A stretch of DNA of 63,914 nucleotides, counting the filler, from Anaerolineae bacterium (GTDB taxonomy: Bacteria > Chloroflexota > Anaerolineae > Epilineales > Epilineaceae), in the NCBI GenBank assembly GCA_029262755.1. It is 7 parts of 7 records of this genome, joined end to end, with 100 filler letters (N's around TTAATTAATTAA, not from the genome) between each part and the next. Parts side by side here need not be neighbours in the genome. Positions count along the whole stretch, not along the records: positions 34,511 to 51,992 come from JAJCYU010000335.1; positions 52,093 to 55,600 come from JAJCYU010000337.1; positions 55,701 to 61,084 come from JAJCYU010000339.1; 4 more parts are not named here. One strand, given 5' to 3'. Of the stretch, positions 48,301-59,061 are shown piece by piece. Made by a program: the position numbers and the translations under genes. A model generated the notes under the pieces. The model saw only the letters and a program-made list of their open reading frames with translations, was not told the DNA's origin and did not search any database. Every line of letters begins with the position of its first letter. The stretch's first letter is position 1.

Positions 48301-49994
48301 CACGAATGGATCCGGTCATGCCCGATCCGATGCACGTGCGTGTGGCCGGTCGAGCGGCGCTGCTTCCGATTGTGGATCCCAAGACGGGCGAAGTGCTGGT
48401 CGAGGCCGGTACGTTGCTCGAGTCTCATGTCGTCGACATGTTGGCTGAGTCGAACGCGACCGAGGCTTGGATCCGGTCGCCCCTGGGTTGCCGCCTTCGC
48501 CACGGGATCTGCCAGTTGTGCTACGGCCAGGATCTGGCTCGCGGCGGCTTGATCAACATCGGCGAGGCGGTCGGAATCATCGCGGCCCAATCGATCGGCG
48601 AACCCGGCACGCAGCTCACGCTGCGTACGTTCCACACGGGTGGTGTGGCCACCAGTAGCGATATCACGCAGGGTCTTCCTCGTGTGCAGGAGCTGTTTGA
48701 GGCCCGCAATCCGCGCGGTGAGGCGATTCTCGCCGACATCGCGGGTCGTGTGACGTTGGCCCAAGAGGGCGAATTGCAAACCCTAACGATCACGGATGCG
48801 GAGATCATCACCGACTCCTATCCGATCGCGAAGGGTTGGAAGGCCGTGATCGAAGCGGGAGACCGTGTGAAGCGTGGTGATGTGCTTGCCCGCGACGGGA
48901 AGGGCGAGGGCGAAGATGAGATCGTCGCCGAGCACGCCGGCGTGGCGGACATAACGAAGAAGGAAGTGCTCGTACGTCACGACGAGCGACGGGAAGAGGA
49001 GTACGTTGTGCCCGCTGGAGCGCGCCTGCTCGTCTCGGATGGCGACGACGTTATCGCGGGTGCCCAGATGACGGAGGGCGCCCAAAACCCTTATCGCATC
49101 CTGGACATTCTAGGTATCAAGGCCACGCAGCAATACCTGTTGGACGAGATCCAGCATGTGTATCGTTCGCAGGGTGTGACGATCAACGACAAGCATGTCG
49201 AGATCATCGTGCGCCAAATGTTGGGTAAAGTGCAGGTCATGCGTCCCGGTGACTCGAAGCTATTGCCGGGTGACCTCATCGACCGTTCTGCGATCGAAGA
49301 GATCAACGTGGATCTGGTAGAACGGGAGGACAAGCCTGCGACGTACCAGCCGGTCCTCTTGGGCATCACCAAGGCATCGCTTTCAACCGAGAGCCTGCTA
49401 TCCGCGGCGAGCTTCCAGCATACGATCAACGTGCTGGCCAAGGCCGCGATCGAAGGCAAGACCGATCGCCTCGTCGGCCTGAAGGAAAACGTGATCATCG
49501 GTAAGCTCATCCCGGCCGGGACGGGCTTCCGTCGACGGGTCGAGACGATCGTCAATGGCTCCGAGCCGGATGACGACGTCGGCGGCTTGGACCTCAGCGA
49601 TGAGGTGTTGGCTGAGCTCATCGGCGAGGATCTGGAATTGGAGCGTCTGAGCATCGACGAAGCGGAAGATCCCGTGACCGCAAGCAAGAACGCGGCGCTG
49701 GAAACGGGGGAGGAGTCCGATCTGGATGTCGATGAAGACGAAGATCGCGTCAAGGTGGATGACGACGAGGACGCGGACGACGACGATTCAGACGACGATC
49801 TGGACGATGACGATGATGACGATCTCGAGGCCGATGATCTTGACGATCTCGAGATCGATGATCAGGACGTCGATGTAGATGACGACGACGTCGTTGACGA
49901 TGATGACGACGATGAGGACGAGGATTTGGACGTTGACCTTGACGAAGACGCCAAGGACGACGACGATGCAGAGGAAGACGACGAGGACGAATAG
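45366..49994 (+). CDS. rpoC: RNA polymerase beta' subunit
   Basis: PETINYR, zinc-binding Cys motifs, [32 protein letters not shown] start after GGAGG. Confidence 0.98.
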   Translation: MEIKDFHAIRISLASPDEMRSWSHGEVTKPETINYRRLRPEKDGLFCEAIFGPTKDWQCYCGKYKKIRYRGIVCDKCGVEVTRARVRRERMGHIDLASPVAHIWYTRRVPSYLGILLDISRRNLDRVLYFAQYVVTGVDEEARKREVKHLEEELREAVAAARGQDAKDPSAERAQVEEALAGLKADLDEKRVDANASLEKASGDLMQAAAEMQQRLNELRDEVPEEDVLFEATGAVIAQAGEAVDAEAHERLNEVLQARLSDLQMEAEEAVSEEQARYQTERAKLEKELAAEPEEGADDDESVAALEEAYRASRDELENLTVMQLLTEAEYWDLKDRFGSVFSAGMGADAVFEIVSKLDLTTLAREMRTEIATGRSKQRRKKSTKRLKVIEALRRSNNRPEWMILQVLPVIPPDLRPMVQLDGGRFATSDLNDLYRRVINRNNRLKRLLELGAPDVIIRNEKRMLQEAVDSLIDNSRRGKAVSARGRRKLKSLSDMLKGKQGRFRRNLLGKRVDYSGRSVIVIGPQLKLHQCGLPKTMALELFRPFVMRKLVEYNFAHNVKGAKRLIEKMDPVVWEVLEEIIQDYPVLLNRAPTLHRLGIQAFQPILVEGKAIQIHPLVCSAFNADFDGDMMAVHVPLSEKAKREARELMLASNNLLKPSSGEPIVEPTKDMVLGMYYLTVERDGVLGSGTAYTSVEDVELAYDMGLIHIHAPITLYTTTYYGEDGKRVPDEVPIERTIQTTAGRAIFNRQLPDGVRYWDVGIPLGKGEVKDLVAEIYEHVGPEFTAEAVDRMKSIGFQFATRSGLSIAVDDLVIPGQKTAVIAEADEVVLELNRNYRRGLITDDERYMRTVEVWNRVTDVLTDAVRDELPEFGAIRMMAASGSTKGGFSPIRQLAGMRGLMSDPSGRIIDLPIRSNFREGLSSLEYFISTHGARKGLADTALRTADAGYLTRRLVDVAQDAVINDHDCGTTHGLLLDARMDPVMPDPMHVRVAGRAALLPIVDPKTGEVLVEAGTLLESHVVDMLAESNATEAWIRSPLGCRLRHGICQLCYGQDLARGGLINIGEAVGIIAAQSIGEPGTQLTLRTFHTGGVATSSDITQGLPRVQELFEARNPRGEAILADIAGRVTLAQEGELQTLTITDAEIITDSYPIAKGWKAVIEAGDRVKRGDVLARDGKGEGEDEIVAEHAGVADITKKEVLVRHDERREEEYVVPAGARLLVSDGDDVIAGAQMTEGAQNPYRILDILGIKATQQYLLDEIQHVYRSQGVTINDKHVEIIVRQMLGKVQVMRPGDSKLLPGDLIDRSAIEEINVDLVEREDKPATYQPVLLGITKASLSTESLLSAASFQHTINVLAKAAIEGKTDRLVGLKENVIIGKLIPAGTGFRRRVETIVNGSEPDDDVGGLDLSDEVLAELIGEDLELERLSIDEAEDPVTASKNAALETGEESDLDVDEDEDRVKVDDDEDADDDDSDDDLDDDDDDDLEADDLDDLEIDDQDVDVDDDDVVDDDDDDEDEDLDVDLDEDAKDDDDAEEDDEDE

Positions 49995-50037
49995 CAGGGA
50001 AGCGCCATCCATCCGACCGGGAGAACGACCGAAACTC

Positions 50038-51936
50038 GTGGACGAGCCAAACGACATCGTGACCGACCCTTCCGACGAAGAGCCCACGGCCGACGAGGCC
50101 ACGCAGCAGGAGGAAGCCGCGGTTGCATCCGCCGGTGAAGGGGGCGCGGTAGAGGCTTCCCCCGCGATGGATGCGACAGCCACGGAGGCTGAGGGTGATT
50201 CCGGTGGTGATTCAACGGATGAAGCGTCGGAACGTGAGGCGCCTTCGTCTGCTGCGGTTTCCAGCGACGACGCGATCGTCCAGGCGGAAGGCGGGTCAGT
50301 AGACGAGTCGGAGGACGAGTCGGAGGACGAGTCGGGCGACGGTCTGGCTGAGCCTGCCATGGATGACAACGAGGGCACGGACGAGAGCAGCGGCGAGAAC
50401 GACGAAGAAGCGGTCGCGGATGAACCGGCTGCCAAGCCCTTCGAAAACGAGACGTTGGAAGAGATGGAGGAGCGCGCCGAGGAACAGGGTGTGGCGCTCA
50501 TGGAGCTATTGCTCGAGGAAGGCGATTATCTTCCCGAGCGATACCAACGCGGCGATCTCGTCGAGGGCGTGGTGGTCGGCAAGAGCAAGAACCAGATCGT
50601 GGTCAACATCGGCGCCAAGCAGGAAGGCGTGATTCCGGCCACCGATCTTGCGCGCATGCCGGCGGGCTTTGCGGATACCGTGAACGTCGGCGACGACATC
50701 AAAGCCATTGTCGTTCGTCCCGAGAATCGGGACGGTGAAGTTGTTGTCTCGGTGTTCCAGGCCTTGTCGTTGAAGGATTGGGATCGGGCCGGCGGACTCG
50801 TCGACACCGGCGAGGTGTTGGAACTCGAGATCGTGGGTTACAACAAGGGCGGCGTCCTGGTCGGCTTTGGGCACCTCCAGGGCTTCGTGCCGCGAAGCCA
50901 TTTCGCGCGGGCACCGCGAGGCGGGGATGGCGGTGCTGAGCGGATGGCTGAATTCGTCGGTGAGACGATTCCCGTCAAGGTCATCGAGGTCAGCCGTCGC
51001 AAGCGTCGCTTGATCATGAGCGAGCGGCAGGCGCTGCGGGAGTGGCGCGCCGACCGCAAGAAGGAGCTCTTGGATGAGCTCAACGAGGGCGAGGTCCGCA
51101 AGGGCCGCGTCAGCTCGATCGCTGATTTCGGTGCCTTCGTGGATCTAGGCGGCGCGGACGGCCTCGTCCATGTTTCCGAGATGACCTACGAACGCGGCAA
51201 GCATCCGCGTGACGTGGTGCGCGTGGGCGAAGAGGTGGAGGTCTACATCCTCTCCATCGACCGCCAGCGCAAGCGGATCGGTCTTTCGATGAAGCGCATG
51301 CAGAAGGATCCGTGGCAGGAAGTGGAGGAAAACCACTACGTCGGTGAGCTTGTCGAGGCGCAGGTCTCCAACATCGCGGACTTCGGTGCGTTTGCGCGGC
51401 TCGAGGACGGTCTCGAGGGCCTCATCCACATCTCCGAGCTTTCCGATGCGCACATAGATCACCCGAGCGAAGCCGTTCGGCCGGCTCAGCGCATCACGGT
51501 CGAGGTTATCTCCATCGAGCCGGATCGCCAGCGCATTGGTCTGAGCCTGCGGCGTGTGCCGGAACATTTGCGATTGGTTGACGAGCCGGAGGAAGACGAG
51601 GCAGGCGCAGAGGTCTCGTCGGACGACGGTGAAGCAACTGCTGAGGCACCCACCGAGGCAACGATTGTCGAAGAGCCGGAAGGCATAGACGAGAGCGACG
51701 CCGCTCAGGAAGAAGTGAACGATTCCGAGGCGCTGGATGACGACAACGTGGACGATTCCTCCGACGAAACCGTAGAGGCCGAAGCTTCAACGGAAGGCAC
51801 GCCGGATGAACTGGTATCGGAGGGCGAATCCGAAGACGGAGACGAATCGGTCGACGTCGTTGCGGACGGCGATTCCGAAGGGGACGCCGAGACGTCCTCC
51901 GAGAACAACGCGGACGAAACGGACGAAGAGGAATAG
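50038..51936 (+). CDS. rpsA: 30S ribosomal protein S1 (four S1 domains) with acidic terminal extensions
   Basis: DFGAFVDLGGADGLVHVSE and FGAFARLEDGLEGLIHISE motifs; start uncertain. Confidence 0.88.
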   Translation: MDEPNDIVTDPSDEEPTADEATQQEEAAVASAGEGGAVEASPAMDATATEAEGDSGGDSTDEASEREAPSSAAVSSDDAIVQAEGGSVDESEDESEDESGDGLAEPAMDDNEGTDESSGENDEEAVADEPAAKPFENETLEEMEERAEEQGVALMELLLEEGDYLPERYQRGDLVEGVVVGKSKNQIVVNIGAKQEGVIPATDLARMPAGFADTVNVGDDIKAIVVRPENRDGEVVVSVFQALSLKDWDRAGGLVDTGEVLELEIVGYNKGGVLVGFGHLQGFVPRSHFARAPRGGDGGAERMAEFVGETIPVKVIEVSRRKRRLIMSERQALREWRADRKKELLDELNEGEVRKGRVSSIADFGAFVDLGGADGLVHVSEMTYERGKHPRDVVRVGEEVEVYILSIDRQRKRIGLSMKRMQKDPWQEVEENHYVGELVEAQVSNIADFGAFARLEDGLEGLIHISELSDAHIDHPSEAVRPAQRITVEVISIEPDRQRIGLSLRRVPEHLRLVDEPEEDEAGAEVSSDDGEATAEAPTEATIVEEPEGIDESDAAQEEVNDSEALDDDNVDDSSDETVEAEASTEGTPDELVSEGESEDGDESVDVVADGDSEGDAETSSENNADETDEEE

Positions 51937-52092
51937 CGGCGCGGCGCGCGACGGCACTCGCGGTGGTACTTCGTTTTGGATTCCACATAGGGNNNNNNNN
52001 NNNNNNNNNNNNNNNNNNNNNNNNNNNNNNNNNNNNTTAATTAATTAANNNNNNNNNNNNNNNNNNNNNNNNNNNNNNNNNNNNNNNNNNNN

Positions 52093-52443
52093 CTTGGCAT
52101 CCTGGGCCGCCTTGAGCGCCTGCTGTGCTGCGGCTTGCGTGGCGATCCAAGCCTGCTGTGCCGCGTCCGCGTCGGCTGCTGGTTGCTTCGCCGCCGCTTG
52201 CTTCGACTCGGCATCCTGAGTCGCCTTGAGCGCCTGCTGTGCTGCGGCTTGCTTGGCAATCAAAGCCTGCTTTGCCGTGTTCGCTTCGGATGCTGCTCGC
52301 TTCGCCTCCGCCAGTGTTGCCTCGGCATCCTTGAGAACCTGCTGTGCTGCGGCTTGCTTGGCAATCAGAGCCTGCAGTGCCGCGTCCGCTTCGGCCGCCG
52401 CATCCTGAGTTGCCTTCTTGTCCGGGTTGCGGTCGTCATTCAC
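52093..52443 (-). CDS. Ala/Gln/Lys-rich repetitive coiled-coil protein (3'-truncated)
   Basis: QALIAKQAAAQQ(A/V)LK-type unit repeated three times, GGAG RBS. Confidence 0.6.
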
Positions 52444-52637
52444 AGAGTTCTCCGTCTCGTCCCGGCGACCCTCTTGAGCGTGGTGAAGGGACCGGAAGCG
52501 CGATTCGCACTTGGCGAAGTTGAGATGCTACCCAATGCGATTGTACGGTCGATCGTCGTTGCAGAATAACGATCGATCTCCGCAGCTCGACGACCGGCTA
52601 GAGCCGCTCGTCGGCACTGCGTGTTGAGCATCCATGG

Positions 52638-53354
52638 TTACCGGGAGCATCCCCCGCGATCCCCCACCGCCCGCCGCATGACGTCGGCCGGGAAGGGCTT
52701 GCCGTGCGCCGGGTAGATCGTGTGCACCGCGTGGGCCAGCACCGAGTGCCAGCTGCGCAAGACGGCGTCGGGGTCGTCCGCGAAGATCGGCAGGCCCGGC
52801 GTGAGGCGCAGCGGGATGCGGTTCATCGCCAGGTCGCCCACGAGCGCCTCGCCGCTGTCGAGGATGACGGAGATGGAGCCGGGCGAGTGGCCGGGGGTGT
52901 GGATGGCGGTGCCGGGGATGCCGTAGGGCCTCAGGTCGTAGGGCGCGTCACTGAGCTCCAGGTCGACCTCGGCCGGCGGCACGTGGATGAGCGGCTCGAA
53001 GAGGTGGTGGATGGCCATGAACGTCCGGCCCCAGCGGGTGACACCGGGCGGCAAGGGCGGGTCGCCGGCACGCACCCACGCGGCCTCCGCCTCGTGGACC
53101 GCCAGGGGCGCGCCGGTGACCGCGCGGATGGCCGCGGCGGTTCCCATATGGTCCCAATGCGCGTGGGTGAGCAGCACCAGCCGTACGTCCTTCGGCGCGA
53201 TGCCGGCGCGCGCGAGGCCCGCAAGGAAGGCGCGCTCCTTGCGCGGCTGGCCCGCGTCGAGGACGACGGCGCCGTCGTGGCCATCCTGACCATCGCCACG
53301 CAGCACGTAGACGGTGTCGAAACCGAGGGCGATGGGGTGGATCTGGGTGGTCAT
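52638..53354 (-). CDS. MBL-fold metallo-hydrolase
   Basis: THAHWDHMG, TPGHSPG, GD and PAHG motifs. Confidence 0.92.
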   Translation of the reverse strand: MTTQIHPIALGFDTVYVLRGDGQDGHDGAVVLDAGQPRKERAFLAGLARAGIAPKDVRLVLLTHAHWDHMGTAAAIRAVTGAPLAVHEAEAAWVRAGDPPLPPGVTRWGRTFMAIHHLFEPLIHVPPAEVDLELSDAPYDLRPYGIPGTAIHTPGHSPGSISVILDSGEALVGDLAMNRIPLRLTPGLPIFADDPDAVLRSWHSVLAHAVHTIYPAHGKPFPADVMRRAVGDRGGCSR

Positions 53355-53671
53355 GGGGCGTCGTCCTCTTGGAACGGTCTTCGCGCGGCGGCTATCCCAT
53401 CAATACCAGATGCGACCGCCCGAGGCCTGCTCGCGTCCCGGTGGCAGAGACCCCGCCACCCCCCGCGCCACGCGCCGTGCGATCCACGCCGCGTCTGCAG
53501 CGTCGAAGACGTCATCGATCGGCGCGTTCCCGCCCGGGAGCACAGCGCAGAGGTTTGGGAGCCTCGGAGAGTCGGGCAGATCTTGCCGAGGTCGTCATTG
53601 CCTATCTAAGCAACAAGGTCGGCAAGTACTGGTGGCAGCAAGAAAGGTCACCTACGACGCGCATACCGACA

Positions 53672-54688
53672 CTACGGTGCGTCGCCGGTCGGAGCCGGGC
53701 CTGCGCCCTCATCCAGATCTGCCGTTGTGGAGGCTCCGCGCGGCGGTGTCCCTTCCGCGACGCCAGCGTCGGCGCCTTCGCCATCGCTCGACGAGTCGCT
53801 GTCGAGCGTCGCATCGGCGGTCGTGCCGGCATTCTCCGCGGGCGGCGTGGCGTGATCGTCGCGCGGAGCTTCCTGCGTCGATGGTTCCGGGGCGGAGGCT
53901 GCGGACGTCGCGCCGGGCGGCGGAGTCGGCGACGCGTTTGCATCCCCCAGAGCGCGCCAGCCTAGCGCGGCGGCTGCAAGGATGGTCACGGCGGTCAGGA
54001 GCATGAGCGCGGCGGAGACCCGTAGCTTGCCGAAGGTCTCGATGATCCGCGGCGCGCCCTCGACGACCTTGCCGACGATGCCTCCGGCGGCCGCAGCGAG
54101 CTCATCGCCGCCCTTGCTAGCCTGCTGCACATCCTCTGGCGCCTTCTTGGGCGCCGCGCGAGACATGCCGCGTACTTCCATAAGCGCCACGTAGGCCGCA
54201 GCCATCGACAGGGCGGTTGCAACTGCCAGGAGCTGCAGGACGACCAGAACGGCAACGGCCTCTTCGGCCAACGCGCCGCGCGCGATGTCCATGGCCGCGA
54301 GCAGCGCGCCGATTGGGGCCAGCCACACGAGGGCGAGCCGCCAGAACGTGCGCTGCGTGAAGTCCTCATCGTATTCCCACGGGGGCGCCGCTACCGGCTC
54401 TTTGGCCAGGCGAAGCTGCGCCCGCGCGCTCGTGGCGACCTCGCCCTCTTCGGGGCGCACCTCGAGCACGAAATCATGCTCCTCTTTCGCCGCCACGGTG
54501 AGGCTGGCTCCTGCGGCGGCGTCCAGGTCCGTGAAGGACTCAAGGCCGGCGTTAGGCCGGCCGATCCTCCATTGCAGCGTTGCGTCGTCGGGTGCCCCGC
54601 GCACCGTGCAATCGAAGGTGACCTCAACGCCCGACGCGGCGACATGCGTGATTGGACGCGGACCGGTGATGCGAATCGTGTCGCTCAT
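53672..54688 (-). CDS. Hypothetical membrane protein
   Basis: GGGGAGG RBS, N-terminal beta-rich domain, three TM segments, low-complexity tail. Confidence 0.55.
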   Translation of the reverse strand: MSDTIRITGPRPITHVAASGVEVTFDCTVRGAPDDATLQWRIGRPNAGLESFTDLDAAAGASLTVAAKEEHDFVLEVRPEEGEVATSARAQLRLAKEPVAAPPWEYDEDFTQRTFWRLALVWLAPIGALLAAMDIARGALAEEAVAVLVVLQLLAVATALSMAAAYVALMEVRGMSRAAPKKAPEDVQQASKGGDELAAAAGGIVGKVVEGAPRIIETFGKLRVSAALMLLTAVTILAAAALGWRALGDANASPTPPPGATSAASAPEPSTQEAPRDDHATPPAENAGTTADATLDSDSSSDGEGADAGVAEGTPPRGASTTADLDEGAGPAPTGDAP

Positions 54689-54987
54689 GCCTAACCCCCC
54701 TCCCCGCGGAGCACTGTGTTCCGCTCTGCGCTCCAGCGTACCATATCCGTGACGCGCATGTGCCGCGCGCGTGCGGGCCGATGGCCGGCCACGTACGTGC
54801 GGCCGACCACGCGCGATCACGTCCCCGGTGTTCGGAATTCGGGTAGACCATCCACGGCGCGCTCGCGCCGTCCTCTCCGCCGTCGCCCGCGTTTGGTGCG
54901 TAGCCCGGTGCTCGTGGTCCTGGAGGATGCCGACCCTGCTCTCGCAACCGTTCAATCGGCGAAGGGTGCACCCGCGTCTCGACCGCG

Positions 54988-55013
54988 GGAACTCTGCTGC
55001 CAGGCCTAACGTT
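54988..55013 (+). promoter_or_regulatory. ECF sigma-type promoter upstream of the serpin gene
   Basis: GGAAC-N17-CGTT. Confidence 0.5.
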
Positions 55014-55075
55014 CCTTGGCCGGCAATTCACCCGTCCCGGTCGGTTCTTGTTGGGACCCACGGAGGAGATTCACC

Positions 55076-55600
55076 ATGAGTTCAGCGCAATTGGCCAGCG
55101 TGCCCGCGGCATGGATGGCATTGAGGCCGAAGTTTCTCGGACCTCAAGCGGCCTGGAGCGGCCGACTCGCCGCGTTGCTCTGTGCCGTGCTGCTGTTTCC
55201 GTTGAACGGATGCAGCCCGGCTGCGGTCGTGGATACGGAGGCCACGCTCAACGAGCCTGCCCCGAGCTTGCAGCAGTCCGATGCGGTCTTGAGCGCGGCG
55301 ATCGCAGAGTTTGGCTTCGAGATGCTCGAGCGAACGGGGCAGGACACGACGCAGAACACGATCCTCTCTCCCGTTTCAATCCATGCGGCATTGGCCATGG
55401 TGAGTACTGGGGCTTCGGGCGCGACCGCCGAGCAGATGCGGCGAGTCCTACACGTCGAGCAGATGGACTCCGGCGATATGAACGCACGGTGGGCCCGTCT
55501 GTTGCCACACCTCGCGGAGCGCGGCGCCGACGAAACGCTCACCATCGCCAACGCGATCTGGGCCCAAGACGATTTGAAAATCAAGCGCGACTTTCTCGAC
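55076..55600 (+). CDS. Serpin-family lipoprotein (3'-truncated)
   Basis: Lipobox LNGC, N..LSP.SI..ALAM...GA.G.T..QM..VL, IANAIW. Confidence 0.88.
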
Positions 55601-55700
55601 NNNNNNNNNNNNNNNNNNNNNNNNNNNNNNNNNNNNNNNNNNNNTTAATTAATTAANNNNNNNNNNNNNNNNNNNNNNNNNNNNNNNNNNNNNNNNNNNN

Positions 55701-56110
55701 AGCTGCTCATTGAACTCATTATACAACAACTTCAGAAGGATACTAAAATAATGAAAAAGTTTAATGACGAAGGCTATGGGAAAGAAAATGAGGGTGTCTT
55801 TGTGGATGAAATTCGTGCTGTCCTCGGAGAGATTTTCGGTAAGTCTCCTATTATTGGAATGCCAATAGATTCTATATCCAACGATTTAAGTGATTGGACC
55901 GAGACCTTAAAGTCAAATGTAAAATTGTGTATAGTTAAGCAATACGTCGAAAGTGGAAATCCCGAAAGTATAATTTATGAAATCCCAGAAGAATTTCATC
56001 CTGAATTGGGTACAGCAGAAAACGGAGATGAACACTCTGAGAATACAGAAAACGCTAAAGTAACTAATCTAAATGCACGTGAAATTTATCTCACAAAGAA
56101 GCGAAAATAG
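55701..56110 (+). CDS. Hypothetical protein, C-terminal part
   Basis: ORF open toward the contig edge in the AT-rich contig; no recognisable motif. Confidence 0.45.
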
Positions 56111-56624
56111 GTCATTGTTTGACGGTTTAGATGAATGTCCCTTTTATTTTTAAAATCAAATATCCTTTCGTTCTTATTGTTATATTCAGCCCAATGAAAG
56201 ATCTCTTGCCAATCTTGTTCTGTCTGATTATTATGTTGTAATTGGCTGATAGCTCCCCGGGATTTAATGAAGTATACATCTAATAATCCTGTCAGTAGCC
56301 TCTCTGTAGTCTGTTTCATACATCTTCCAAATGCAGCCTGACTACTTATAGCCTATGTGTATAAGGCTCCTATTATTTGGTTTTTATGAGAAATCCGACT
56401 TGTAAAATATTTTCCTGGGAAAGGAGTATCAATTTGCAACACACGTTTATCAATTTCTATGTCATAAGATAAGATGAATTTTTCCTGTCAATTTATAACT
56501 TGCCTTAACATCATGGCTTATAAATCACATACAATTGTAGAACAATATAAATGTTCTAGGGTACACTAATTGCATATTACTCTTGTGGAATTGTAAAACT
56601 ATTTGAAATGAGGGGAAGAGAGCT

Positions 56625-57521
56625 ATGTCGGAAAAATTAAAATACGATTTGAGAAATGATACAGATATTAAAAAAACGATAGAAGTGGACAGTCTCAGTA
56701 GTAAGAACAAAGAAGGCTTGAATAGCAACAACGAGTTGAGTATGAGGGTTGATGGATACCAAAAGAGCCTGTCAGAGAAAGAGGAAATTATCCAACAGCT
56801 TAAATCTCAGGTTGACAAGAGCAATCACACTCTGTTTGTTTACTATCAAAAGAGCCTGTCAGAGAGAGATGTTATCATCCAGCAATTAACAGAGCAGGCA
56901 AACAGAAAGAAAGAGTCTGCAGAGGAATACCAGAAGAGCCTGTCGAAGATGGAAGAGGTGATCTCAGAGAAAGACAAAACACTCTCAGAGAAGGAAGACG
57001 CCATCCGTCAACTAACAACTCAGATTGACGGGCAGAATAATGCTGCCGAGAAGTTCCAGAAGAGCCTGTCGGAGATGAAAGAGGTAATCTCAGAGAAAGA
57101 CGAAACCCTCCAGCAATTAACAGAGCAGTCAAACAGAAAGAAAGAGTCTGCAGAGGAGTACCAGGATATTTTGACAGAGAAAGACAAAACGCTCACAGAG
57201 AAGGAAGACACCATCCGCCGGCTAACAATTCAGATTGACGGGCAGAATAATGCTGCCGAGAAGTTCCAGAAGAGCCTGTCGGAGATGGAAGAGGTAATCT
57301 TAGAGAAAGACGAAGCTGTCCAGCAATTAACATCCAGAATTTATAATCTGAATGTGTTTACTGAAGAATATCAAAAGAGTTTGTCCGAGAAGGAAGAAAC
57401 TGTTAACCAGGCTACAGCCAGGCTTGATAGTCAGAATGTGATTGCTCTGGGGCAACTTACAGATGAAGAAAAAGAATGGAATAATAAAGAGGAAGCGGAG
57501 GAAGTTGACACGGAGTGGTAA
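56625..57521 (+). CDS. Repetitive coiled-coil protein
   Basis: Repeated (Y/F)QKSLSE..E.I.EKD units with DNA-level duplications. Confidence 0.75.
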   Translation: MSEKLKYDLRNDTDIKKTIEVDSLSSKNKEGLNSNNELSMRVDGYQKSLSEKEEIIQQLKSQVDKSNHTLFVYYQKSLSERDVIIQQLTEQANRKKESAEEYQKSLSKMEEVISEKDKTLSEKEDAIRQLTTQIDGQNNAAEKFQKSLSEMKEVISEKDETLQQLTEQSNRKKESAEEYQDILTEKDKTLTEKEDTIRRLTIQIDGQNNAAEKFQKSLSEMEEVILEKDEAVQQLTSRIYNLNVFTEEYQKSLSEKEETVNQATARLDSQNVIALGQLTDEEKEWNNKEEAEEVDTEW

Positions 57522-57879
57522 GATTGAAGCAAAAACCCTGACAACTTGAACCCCTCCCCACCCTTACATTTCACTGTAGTAACCCGTGAGAAGGTGTTTG
57601 CCAATATCAAAACACTCCCCACTCGCAAAAAACAATTTCTTTTACGTTATAACTGAACCACTCCGGACTGAAAGTCCTTTATTCCAACCTGCACCAGTCA
57701 CCTATTAGGATTAAGACATAATACGGACTTTATGACTAGCATCAGTTTATAGGAAGCAGATCATTTCAACTGTCCTTTATCGATTTAAGTACACCAGAGA
57801 CCTTCTGGTATGCCAAGATCTCAATTGACATTTGAACCACGCAAGGCAAGTTTGGTGGAACTCATTATTAATTCTGGCA

Positions 57880-58330
57880 AAGAGATGATTCTCCTGTCAG
57901 GGTTCCCTTATTTAGAGATGGTGAGTAGTTGATGGGTTAAGCCACTTGTCTGGAGAACTATTTCCCTTGCTTATTCTGGTATATTCATGAATTTCATTAT
58001 TTGAATTTGTAAGAAACTTTGCCAGAGAGATATAACCCAAGATTGCCTGTAAACTCTTGTTGAAATCATCTGCGATACCACCTGCAAGTATACCCACAGA
58101 TTCAAGTTTCTGGGTCTTTCGCAGCTATTTTCCCATCTTCTTTTTATTCCAGAATATCGAACACGGCATGATTCGTAGTTTTAATCATGCCATCACGATC
58201 AATGACAATCAAAATGTCAGTCATGGATCTGATGATTTTGTAGATATCGTCTTTAGCTGAAACTATCTCATCCCTGTTCTCTTCTAAGTTGTTGACCATT
58301 CGACCGAAACTTACGGCTAAATATCCAATG
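57880..58330 (-). pseudogene. Decayed HAMP-PAS-histidine kinase gene
   Basis: LAVSFGRMVNNL (HAMP), IIRSMTDILIVIDRDG (PAS), stops and a frameshift, then KTQKLESVGILAGGIADDFN (H-box with His replaced by Asp). Confidence 0.75.
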
Positions 58331-59061
58331 CAATACTTTCAATGGTTCAGTAGGAAACAATTATTATATTCTTGATACACGATTGTATTATTCCGGGGCA
58401 GGCATCAGGCAATATACTCATCTTTTTAAAACATTATTAATTTTAATTCTTACACATCATTTTAAAAATAAACAACTTGCGTTAAATCGATCAACATATC
58501 CATTATCTACGACATAGCGGTACGGACTTTGCAAAGTACATTGCCGTTAAATTATGACTTTTAAGATACGCAACTATGTTAGTTGATTTTTTTCTTTTTT
58601 TCAAAAAGTTAAATTAACCGCTAAAATTGTGAAGCAAAGCCAAGTGTTTCTAACAATCAACATAGTGTCCAGGAATGCAAAATCAAAAGAGTTATACATT
58701 GATTCTAAGGTTTTGTGATTCGTTAATCTGCCAAGACCATTATTCTCAAGCAAACTGTCGAGGCCTAACCCCTCATTGTTCATACATAATTTTTTTAAAA
58801 AACTAATATTTTTCGTTTCGTGTCCGATATTATATACAAGCTTTCTTATTTCTGAAAAGTCAAACCCAGAGTAATCAGGCTCGCAAAGTCAAGAGTCTTT
58901 GTGTGTGCGTACAAGGAATAGATTATATGAAAAACAGCTTTACGACCGAAGGATGTTTTTAGGTAAATATTTTCAGCAGTAAGGCGGTTTTTATACATAC
59001 TTTACACACAGAATCAAATGTAATTTTGCAGCAAATCGTTATTTTGAAGGAGATGTAAACA

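Noticed and set aside
49879..50037. Thr/Met-rich N-terminal extension of the S1 ORF
   Set aside because: It is largely an alternate-frame reading of the rpoC poly-Asp tail. The real start is probably GTG 50038 or slightly later.
54684..54700. GTTAGGC directly before an ATG as an integron attC R' site
   Set aside because: It is the spacer after a GGGGAGG RBS. No R'' or L boxes upstream and no integrase in the contig.
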